A DNA stretch of 60,847 nt from a virus (Duplodnaviria; Caudoviricetes): positions 1 to 60,847 of the IMG/VR virus record IMGVR_UViG_3300016652_000023; one strand, written 5' to 3'. The notes under the pieces were generated by a model. The model saw nothing but the letters and a program-made list of their open reading frames with translations. It was not told the origin of the DNA and did no database searches. Shown here piece by piece: positions 48,660-55,576 of the stretch. Made by a program: the position numbers and the translations under genes. Within the stretch, counting starts at the first letter, position 1. Each line of letters begins with the position of its first letter.

Positions 48660-49051
48660 TCTTCAAACTCCTTTCGCATTTCAATCAGCCGGTGCTGCGC
48701 CTCAACCTCTGTGGCCAGCTGCGCCCGCGTTTGGATTTCACAGAACTCGCAAATAGCTTGGGCGGCTTCCGCTTCCCCCAAACCAAACACTTGTCCTGTC
48801 TCATCCAGCCACTTCTGGAACAGACCATCTTTGGCCAGTATCCCGGCAGTAGCTACATAAGTGTTTGCCTTTGGCCTTTCATACGGCATTTCATCATCAC
48901 CAATACGGATCATGGCAACTGCATACCGAGAACCTACAAAGTCCCGCAGGATCTCTTCGGGAACTTCATCAGGATGGATAGCCAAGGTCAACACATATCC
49001 ATCTTTGTTTTGCCGCATGGACACCTTGACGGCTTCAAAGTTATCAGCCAC
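48632..49051 (-). CDS. Hypothetical protein
   Basis: GGAGG RBS before GTG; 'FEAVKVSMRQNKDGYVLTLAIHPDEVPEE'. Confidence 0.7.
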   Translation of the reverse strand: MADNFEAVKVSMRQNKDGYVLTLAIHPDEVPEEILRDFVGSRYAVAMIRIGDDEMPYERPKANTYVATAGILAKDGLFQKWLDETGQVFGLGEAEAAQAICEFCEIQTRAQLATEVEAQHRLIEMRKEFEEWKRATSET

Positions 49052-49463
49052 TGAAAATCCTCCTAAAGAAACGATTAACGCGCTCACCCCATGTAGGCTT
49101 CTCCGGCTGCGGCGGGAAGATCGGTGTGATCATCATGTCGCTAGGGCTAGCCTTGGGCGCATCAGGCAAAGACGCGATGCCCTTGGGTAAGTTGCGGACA
49201 ATCTTGTGGATCGTCCACATGGGGCGGTTGTAATGGGCTGACAATTCGCTAAGTGTTCTTCCATGCAAAAACTCATCACGGATTGATACTCGTTCCAACG
49301 ATGATGGAAAGCCTTTGACCCACCCCCCTTCGGGGGCGTACTTCCTGGCACACACTCTGTAGACCTGTTTGCTGGATAGCTTTAAGATCTTTGCAATGTT
49401 GTCTGGATGCTTGCCTTCCAAGTACATCTCGTAGATCACACTAGAAGGGAACGTCATCGTCAT
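49044..49463 (-). CDS. Putative HTH protein
   Basis: Two HTH-like segments ('IAKILKLSSKQVYR', 'TLSELSAHYNRPMWTIHKI'). Confidence 0.55.
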   Translation of the reverse strand: MTMTFPSSVIYEMYLEGKHPDNIAKILKLSSKQVYRVCARKYAPEGGWVKGFPSSLERVSIRDEFLHGRTLSELSAHYNRPMWTIHKIVRNLPKGIASLPDAPKASPSDMMITPIFPPQPEKPTWGERVNRFFRRIFSG

Positions 49464-49728
49464 CCTCCTTTGCAGGCTTAGGAGGATCTGGGCGCTTCCA
49501 TGCCTTGGAGATCTTTGCACCATAGAACTCCCCGACCGATGAACTGTTCTTCCTCCAAAGGGCAATCTCTATCTTGGCTTCCCCGCCGGACTTGAGTTCA
49601 GCCACCAGCTCAGTGAGCAACGGTACAGATAACACCACGTTGCCACGAAAGTCTGGGGCTTTGGGGTTTACTTTGTTTTGAACGCCAAAGATATTGCCGT
49701 TATCAGGTTCGCTTACATAGGTGCTCAT
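49441..49728 (-). CDS. Putative single-stranded DNA-binding protein
   Basis: Acidic 'EDDDDVPF' C-terminal tip; 'KAPDFRG'; next to ERF. Confidence 0.6.
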   Translation of the reverse strand: MSTYVSEPDNGNIFGVQNKVNPKAPDFRGNVVLSVPLLTELVAELKSGGEAKIEIALWRKNSSSVGEFYGAKISKAWKRPDPPKPAKEDDDDVPF

Positions 49729-50405
49729 GCTTCTTCCTTATCTTCGTGTGACTTGATGATCTCGTCTTTGCGGGCTTTGAAGTCGGCCAGCAGCTGGACG
49801 TATGCGCCTTGGTCATGGCCTTTGACAATGTGGATAGCGTCTTTGTTCTGCGCCCAGAATGTCTTCAATGAAGCTTCATCTTTGGCTTCAGGAAGAAAGG
49901 CTTTGAACATATCCAGAATAAACTTCACGCGATCTTTTGCCGCCTCGGGTGAAACTTCTTCCTTCGGTGCTTCAGGCTTTGGTGTCTCAGGTTTGGGTGC
50001 TTCAGGCTTTGTAGGTTTTGGAACCTCTCTTGGCTTTGAAGCCGCAGACCCATCGTCATCTTCTGGCGCAATCGCACATGCTGCCATGAGTGAATAGCGT
50101 CTGACATAGGTTAATGCACTGGCGTAGCCCTGAGCATCGTGCTTGCTGGCCGGAAAGAAAAGCTTGCCTGCACTCAGCATTTCGCCACTCTCATGAATGA
50201 ATGTGGTTTCTGCCATCGCACCATCAGGCGTCTCATGGGTCAGCTGCATCAGGTATATGCCATTGTTGTTGAGCGCATCAATGACTGCCTCAACCACGGT
50301 TGATAGGTCTGCGTAACGCGACCGGAAGTGAGGATTGGTGCTGCTCTTTAGGGCCGGACCAAATTCCTTTTGCGCTTTAACCAGCGCTGTTGCTATCTGC
50401 TTCAC
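49725..50405 (-). CDS. erf: ERF-family single-strand annealing protein
   Basis: 'ALVKAQ...K.S.NPHF.S.YADL', 'HESGE', 'AQGYASALTYVRRYSL.A..IA.EDDDG'. Confidence 0.9.
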   Translation of the reverse strand: MKQIATALVKAQKEFGPALKSSTNPHFRSRYADLSTVVEAVIDALNNNGIYLMQLTHETPDGAMAETTFIHESGEMLSAGKLFFPASKHDAQGYASALTYVRRYSLMAACAIAPEDDDGSAASKPREVPKPTKPEAPKPETPKPEAPKEEVSPEAAKDRVKFILDMFKAFLPEAKDEASLKTFWAQNKDAIHIVKGHDQGAYVQLLADFKARKDEIIKSHEDKEEA

Positions 50406-51252
50406 TGCTTTCTCCTAACGTAGATCCATAGTCACAAAACTGTTTCACAGGACAAAAGCTCATGCAGCGGGTGGGCTGGCCAGGACGATGTACAACATCA
50501 AATCCCGGCTTTTGATTTGCCAGCTCCTTAGCCTCAGCTTCTGTGAGAAACACCTTAAACGCCCGCTTGTTCCCTGCCTTGATGACTGCCCACTGATCGG
50601 GCTTCATCCATCGTTCATCAGGGGTACACATGGGCGGGTCATCCATCACAGTTGCAGCATGTAAGGCTATGCGCTGCTTGATGAATGACTCTTGTTCTTC
50701 GTACGTCCATAGTGGGACAGTGATCTGCATGATCGGCGCATCCGGGTAACCATCCTTCCCGGCATTTCGTCTTGCCCAATCACGAATGATTGCGTTGATT
50801 TTTAATCCGACAACGGCATGGCCATGAGCTCGGACAAGATAGGCGTAGCAGTTGAGTTGCTCTTCCCATTCGCTCTTGCCGGATATGGCTGCATAGGCTG
50901 ACGTTACTTTCCAGTCCTCCAGAATCCTGCCTTCTGGTGTCGTGACTTGGCGATCAATCGCCCCCGAGATCTTCCAGCCGTTGATGGTATGGAACAGCCG
51001 CTGCTCGGTAATCACCTCAGCGTGATCGCTGTATTGATCCAGCACATAGTGCGTTGCTGTCCCCAGTAGGCTGAACAACACATCCGATATATCTTGCTCC
51101 ATCTCATCGTGATGGCGTTCTTGCAGCGCAACAATCCGTGGGCTGTTGATTAACTGGGTTACGGATAACCGAGCATCACCCCTGCTGTAGTTCTTAGCCC
51201 TTGCAAACTTTACAAGGACTTCTGGTAGGTCATATTTGTTTGTTATGTTCAT
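50377..51252 (-). CDS. PD-(D/E)XK exonuclease (Cas4/RecB-like)
   Basis: 'LSVTQL', 'GTATH', 'ISGAID', 'EDWK', 'QLNCY', C-terminal C..FC....FC. Confidence 0.8.
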   Translation of the reverse strand: MNITNKYDLPEVLVKFARAKNYSRGDARLSVTQLINSPRIVALQERHHDEMEQDISDVLFSLLGTATHYVLDQYSDHAEVITEQRLFHTINGWKISGAIDRQVTTPEGRILEDWKVTSAYAAISGKSEWEEQLNCYAYLVRAHGHAVVGLKINAIIRDWARRNAGKDGYPDAPIMQITVPLWTYEEQESFIKQRIALHAATVMDDPPMCTPDERWMKPDQWAVIKAGNKRAFKVFLTEAEAKELANQKPGFDVVHRPGQPTRCMSFCPVKQFCDYGSTLGESSEADSNSAG

Positions 51253-51395
51253 GGCTTTGCGTCCTCAAACTCCTTAATAGTCGACAATAGAACTTGTAGA
51301 ATCTCTGGCTCTGGCGTCTGCAAATACCGCCTGATCCAGAACACCATATCCTCCGCCACCACGATGGCGTCATGTAAGGCTTTCTCATCCGTCAT
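51249..51395 (-). CDS. 48-aa hypothetical protein (not in ORF track)
   Basis: MTDEKALHDAIVVAEDMVFWIRRYLQTPEPEILQVLLSTIKEFEDAKP; ATGA coupling to the exonuclease. Confidence 0.55.
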   Translation of the reverse strand: MTDEKALHDAIVVAEDMVFWIRRYLQTPEPEILQVLLSTIKEFEDAKP

Positions 51396-51633
51396 CCTTC
51401 ATCCCCTGATCGCACGTTTGGTCTAACCCATAGCCGGTAGCAATCCATCCCGATGTGACTTCAGAGATCGTGATGTACTGACTACGCAACCACCTGTACC
51501 GCAGCGCATCGTCTTCATAGCCTTGCATCTGCCGCAGCTGGTGGCGCAACAACAGAATCTCTGAAGCTGCTTCTCTAGCCACGGTGGAATCAACATCTTT
51601 CACTGCACCCATTAATCGTTCAACGATGTCCAC
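51385..51633 (-). CDS. Hypothetical protein
   Basis: 'MDIVERL...EAASEI..LR', 'DALRYRWLR'. Confidence 0.7.
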   Translation of the reverse strand: MDIVERLMGAVKDVDSTVAREAASEILLLRHQLRQMQGYEDDALRYRWLRSQYITISEVTSGWIATGYGLDQTCDQGMKDDG

Positions 51634-51794
51634 TGTTCTCTCCGTTCTAACATTGCATCTGCAACTCGATATGCAAAATCAGCAAACGCTTCTTCTGGTT
51701 TCCTGTTGGGCATCTGCCCCCAACGTCCGGCCAGGATTCCTGTTATTGCTGCCTTCGCAAATTCATCCCTTAGTTCCTGCTTATCCATAGCCAT
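51612..51794 (-). CDS. Hypothetical protein
   Basis: 'LRDEFAKAAITGILA...AYRVADAMLERR'; AGGAG RBS. Confidence 0.75.
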   Translation of the reverse strand: MAMDKQELRDEFAKAAITGILAGRWGQMPNRKPEEAFADFAYRVADAMLERREQWTSLND

Positions 51795-51806
51795 CTCCTA
51801 AGTAGC

Positions 51807-51824
51807 TGTCCTACTGGTAGGACA
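51807..51824 (-). other. Perfect hairpin closing the repeat array
   Basis: TGTCCTAC-TG-GTAGGACA, 4 nt beyond the last anchor repeat. Confidence 0.7.
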
Positions 51825-51828
51825 CCTA

Positions 51829-52969
51829 AACCGCCGTTCCTTTACGGACCATACCGACCTTAACTCACCGAACCCTTGCTTGCCCCGCCGAGCCCTAACC
51901 GCCATACTCACCGCATCAGTCAGTGACACGCCACGCCTCAACCGCCGATACCCGACTTACCAAGCCGCACCGCACCGATCCATTACCGCCAATCCCCACC
52001 ACATGTCGCCGCAAATTTCCACGCCGTAACCGCCTTGCCCCGCCGCATCTCGCAGTGCGTTGCCGGTCCCCAACCGCCTGACCTCGCCTTGCCGCACCTT
52101 GCCTCGTCTTGCCGGTCCTAAACCGCCATGCCGATCCACGCCGTTCCTTGTCTCGTCTCGCCTCGCGTGGCCGGATCTAGCCCCAACCGCCATACCCAAC
52201 CGAACCCAACCGCACCGAGCCGCACCGCACCTAAACCGCCCAACCGCATCCGACTTATCAGTCCCCGCCTCTAAGGCCGCAACCGCCATCCTCGCCGCGC
52301 CCCGCCTTGCCCCGCCTGTCCACATCGGACCAATCCTTAACCGCCCCGCCGTTCCGCACCAAACCGATATTGCCCGACCTCAACCGCCGCGCCAGAACTG
52401 ACCCCGCCAAACCTAGCCGAAACATAACCGCCTAACAGCGGCCTACCGAGCCGATCCGCGCCTTGCCCGACCGCAACCGCCATACCTCACCCGGCCATAC
52501 CCCGCCACGACTCGTCGGACCGAAACCGCCGATCCGGGCCGTACCCCGCCCATCCGGTATTACCCGACCTCAACCGCCAGACCAATCCGCGCCGCGCCTC
52601 GCCCTGCTACGCCTCAACCGCCTTGCCATATCGAGTCTCGCCCAACCGTGCCGCGCCGAACCCGACCGTAACCGCCTCGCGTGGCCTGACCAGACCCATC
52701 CGTATCTGATCCCACCATAACCGCCAGTCCCAGCCGCACCAATCCACACGCGACCATGCCGCGCCGGACCTCAACCGCCCGACCATATCAAGTCTCGCCC
52801 ATCCAAACCGAAACCGCCTGACCGTCACACACGTTGACTCACCCGACCAACCTCAACCGCCATACCCCTCCATGCCCGACTACGCCATACCGAACCGAAC
52901 CCTAACAAACCCAACCTAAACCGCCTGACCCGTCCACACCCAGCCGGGCCGGACCCGACCTCAACCGCC
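51829..52969 (-). repeat. Non-coding array: 24 GGCGGTT anchors separated by GGY-NN pentamer runs (candidate guide-RNA array)
   Basis: + strand AACCGCC at 51829, 51897, 51940, 51984 (TACCGCC variant), 52028, 52072, 52121, 52185, 52234, 52281, 52339, 52382, 52426, 52475, 52524, 52572, 52616, 52670, 52719, 52773, 52812, 52855, 52919, 52963; period-5 NN-RCC pattern between anchors. Confidence 0.92.
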
Positions 52970-53013
52970 GCTTCTTGCAAATCCGAGTCTTGTGATGCCA
53001 TTCCGAAACATCG

Positions 53014-53481
53014 TCACGCTGCATCCTTCAGGCGCATACGCATATCTAAAAACTCTTCCATCAAACGATCAATCTCAGACTCCATGTCTAGCGCTGCGGC
53101 CACATTCCTTGCGCGGCGTAACGCAGAGATGACGCTCTGGACTTCACCGGCCAAGACTTCCTTGGCAATCTCATGCTCAGTGCGAAGCTTGATAGTTTCC
53201 AAGTAGCCCTGTTCTCTGCCGTGCAGTCTTGGGTCGCGCACATAAGCAGGAGCCTTGAGGACAATCGTCTCGGTCGTGATGTTTACCTTGACCGATGCAA
53301 TGATCCGCCGTGCGGTGTGCATCCAATGTTCTTGGGCCGCTTCCTCAACATCCCATTCAAAGAGTTCGTGCAATGGGCTGTCAGGTTGGCGAGCGTCCTG
53401 CACCACGTCAAATGGGCGCAGGACACCACCGTTAATGCGGGCTATGGCTTCCAGCCTTGCTTTAACGATGGCGTTATTCAT
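53014..53481 (-). CDS. Hypothetical partner protein between the RAMP-like gene and the array
   Basis: ATGA-coupled to the RAMP-like gene; 'VV.DAR.PDSPLH..FEWD...AA' motif. Confidence 0.8.
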   Translation of the reverse strand: MNNAIVKARLEAIARINGGVLRPFDVVQDARQPDSPLHELFEWDVEEAAQEHWMHTARRIIASVKVNITTETIVLKAPAYVRDPRLHGREQGYLETIKLRTEHEIAKEVLAGEVQSVISALRRARNVAAALDMESEIDRLMEEFLDMRMRLKDAA

Positions 53482-54245
53482 GCTGCTTTGATCCCGCGAC
53501 GACGGACTTCCACGTCATACCAGGACAACAGTTCATCTGTCTCATCATCATACGATTCAGGGTCATCAAGTGCTTCTTGTTGTGCAGCTGCCCCACCGGT
53601 CTTGATGATGTCCAGATATTCTTTGTCATTGGCTTCTACGATTTTCCACCGGCCAAAGGTTCCAGAGCCTTTCTGGGGACGCCAGTCACCAACACCCATC
53701 GTATATCCTGCTGTGGCAAAGAGTGATGAGATCACCGTTGCGTTGAGCACTGGGATGGTATAGGTCACTTCAACCTTACAAGCCCAACGTGGCACGATGC
53801 AGCGGGTACGAATGTCCGGCGTTTTGTTAATGTCAGCCGACCGAACAACCGAGCACATAATTTCTGGGATACCGTAGAGCGCAAGCTTCTCGCCGCCCTC
53901 AATGCTTGTTAATCTTCCAATCTGGGCTTTCTTGGCCCCCGGCACATCAAGCGCAGCCGTGCAGAGTGCCGCTTTGAATTGCGTATTCAAAAGGGCAAGG
54001 ACCGTCTCACTGCCTTTTCGAGCGCGGTAAATTGAATCACGATATTCCTGAAGCGGATCATGCTTAAGTGATCCTTGCTTCTCGGCGGCGGTCTTTCTGC
54101 CGCGAGGAAGCAACAACTCCCGTTGCGCTTTCACGCTCATAGAATTCATCAACAAAGGTGTTTCACCAACGATGTGATAAACAATCTTTGCACGGGTTAG
54201 TTCTACGATCTGAACTTGTTCAAGTTCGTCAGTCTTTTTACGCAT
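53478..54245 (-). CDS. RAMP/Cas7-like RNA-binding protein (candidate effector of the array)
   Basis: 'HIVGETPLLMN' first strand, 'FKAALCTAA' helix, 'RTRCIVPRWACKVEV', C-terminal Gly-rich loop 'GVGDWRPQKGSGTFGRW'. Confidence 0.7.
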   Translation of the reverse strand: MRKKTDELEQVQIVELTRAKIVYHIVGETPLLMNSMSVKAQRELLLPRGRKTAAEKQGSLKHDPLQEYRDSIYRARKGSETVLALLNTQFKAALCTAALDVPGAKKAQIGRLTSIEGGEKLALYGIPEIMCSVVRSADINKTPDIRTRCIVPRWACKVEVTYTIPVLNATVISSLFATAGYTMGVGDWRPQKGSGTFGRWKIVEANDKEYLDIIKTGGAAAQQEALDDPESYDDETDELLSWYDVEVRRRGIKAA

Positions 54246-54266
54246 ATCATCTCTCCTGTTGTGGGT

Positions 54267-54569
54267 TCAATATGAAGAAGGCATACCGGCGTGAACCCAG
54301 CGTCCGATCTGCAAAAACATAAACACAAGCACACCCATGCACACCAGCTGGGCCACGAAGCGGCTGATCCGCTCGGCCTTGCCAATGGGCAATTGATTCG
54401 CTACAAAGACATCGTGAATCCATTCTTGATCCGGCGCGACTTCGTTGTATCCCTTGGGCGGGATGCCATTGCGCTGGCCCGGTAAAGCAGAACCAATGAC
54501 TGGACGCTTCACCACAAGGTATGTCTTCTTATCGTGGGCAACGATCTTGCCCTTCCTTAGTTGCAACAT
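54267..54569 (-). CDS. Hypothetical protein with C-terminal transmembrane segment
   Basis: AAGGAG RBS; hydrophobic C-terminal stretch. Confidence 0.65.
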   Translation of the reverse strand: MLQLRKGKIVAHDKKTYLVVKRPVIGSALPGQRNGIPPKGYNEVAPDQEWIHDVFVANQLPIGKAERISRFVAQLVCMGVLVFMFLQIGRWVHAGMPSSY

Positions 54570-54580
54570 TTGTTATCTCC

Positions 54581-54636
54581 TTGACATACGAAACTGCATG
54601 AATCACAATATACACACGTTTCCTATTGCAAGTCAA
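54581..54636. promoter_or_regulatory. Overlapping divergent sigma70-like promoters
   Basis: + strand TTGACA(54581)-N17-CACAAT; - strand TTGACT(54636)-N18-TATATT; lies between divergent operons. Confidence 0.55.
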
Positions 54637-54653
54637 CAAGGTTTTGAAAATAT

Positions 54654-55064
54654 ATGGTGAACAGTCGATCAAAGGGGCGGCGCGGTGAGTTGGAAGTAGC
54701 GCGTTTGCTGACAACAGCACTGGGCGTTGAGGTGAAGTTGAACTACGCGCAGGCAGCACATAGTGGGTATGACCTAGCAGTCTTTGGTTGGGCCGTCGAG
54801 GTCAAGCGGGCAGAGACACCGAAGTGGACGGCATGGTATGAGCAGGCTATGACAAATGCCCAGCGGGACAAGCTCATGCCGATCCTATTTCATCGTGCGA
54901 ATCACAGTAGGACATGGGATGTGTACTTACCCGTGGCGGTGTTTCTTGTGGTCTGGGGCGGCGAAGGCCCATTCACAGAACATGACTGGCTGCGGGTGAG
55001 TTTTGATGTAGGCGTTGCGACGATGACAAGAACGCAAAAAAAACCCGACGGGGAGTCGGGTTAA
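54654..55064 (+). CDS. Holliday junction resolvase-like PD-(D/E)XK nuclease
   Basis: 'NSRSKGRRGELEVA', 'DL', 'AVEVKR', 'W.EQA', 'PILFHR'. Confidence 0.75.
   Translation: MVNSRSKGRRGELEVARLLTTALGVEVKLNYAQAAHSGYDLAVFGWAVEVKRAETPKWTAWYEQAMTNAQRDKLMPILFHRANHSRTWDVYLPVAVFLVVWGGEGPFTEHDWLRVSFDVGVATMTRTQKKPDGESG
55036..55061 (-). terminator. Terminator-like hairpin acting on the - strand
   Basis: A8 tract adjacent to CCCGAC-GGGA-GTCGGG stem. Confidence 0.5.
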
Positions 55065-55113
55065 CGTCATGATCTACAACAGGAGGGAGAAAACTGTGAT
55101 GATCATAACGCTG

Positions 55114-55141
55114 TTGACAATTGTTGGCAAGCGAATAAAAT
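55114..55141 (+). promoter_or_regulatory. Sigma70-like promoter for the replication operon
   Basis: TTGACA-N16-TAAAAT just upstream of a structured leader. Confidence 0.6.
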
Positions 55142-55148
55142 TGCATCT

Positions 55149-55302
55149 GTCGGTGTGGCAACCGGCAGTGCTGAGTACAACCCCAGAATGTTTTGTTGGG
55201 GCTTGTGTGGTCACAAGGTCTTACTCAGCAGACTGCGTGATTGCCCAACGCCACGGGCCTTGCCCCAACAAAGTGTTCTGGGGTTTTTCTTTTGGCACCG
55301 AC
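55149..55302 (+). ncRNA. Structured leader / candidate antisense-attenuator RNA
   Basis: 24-bp stem 55179-55202/55262-55285 whose three mismatches are all G-U on the + strand; further alternative pairings. Confidence 0.6.
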
Positions 55303-55576
55303 CGGACTCCACCCGTTAGCAAGAGCCTGCATGGGCTGCGTGGAACAGAACACCGGCGTGTCGATAACCCCCGATACAGCCGTCCGGCCTTTCAGCGAGG
55401 GACCGGTGAACACGTTCGCTACAGCGGTGAGACAGAGCGGACATGGAAGGAATCGCTGGCTCCGGCTACGCTGGATGGGCATCAAGTGCGCCCATCGGGC
55501 GAGGGTGAACCCCGTGCTTCACCCCTGGGGATGCTATGCCCAATCGATTTTTCACTGACCGACGTAAGGATATAAG

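Noticed and set aside
50377-51252. Cas4 adaptation nuclease serving the array
   Set aside because: Its position next to ERF and SSB fits an ordinary phage recombination exonuclease
51957-52828. ORFs 51957-52325(-), 52060-52401(+), 52463-52720(+) and 52607-52828(-) inside the array
   Set aside because: Their R/G- or P/R-rich translations are by-products of the 5-nt periodic GC-rich repeat; no clear RBS, and the period conflicts with codon structure
51829-52969. Canonical CRISPR array
   Set aside because: The constant part is only 7 nt, the 'spacers' are internally patterned and vary from 32 to 61 nt, and no cas1/cas2 is present
55069-55575. 168-aa ORF as a real gene
   Set aside because: It overlaps a consensus promoter and a strongly structured region and has no recognisable motif; not fully excluded, since an AGGAGG lies at 55081
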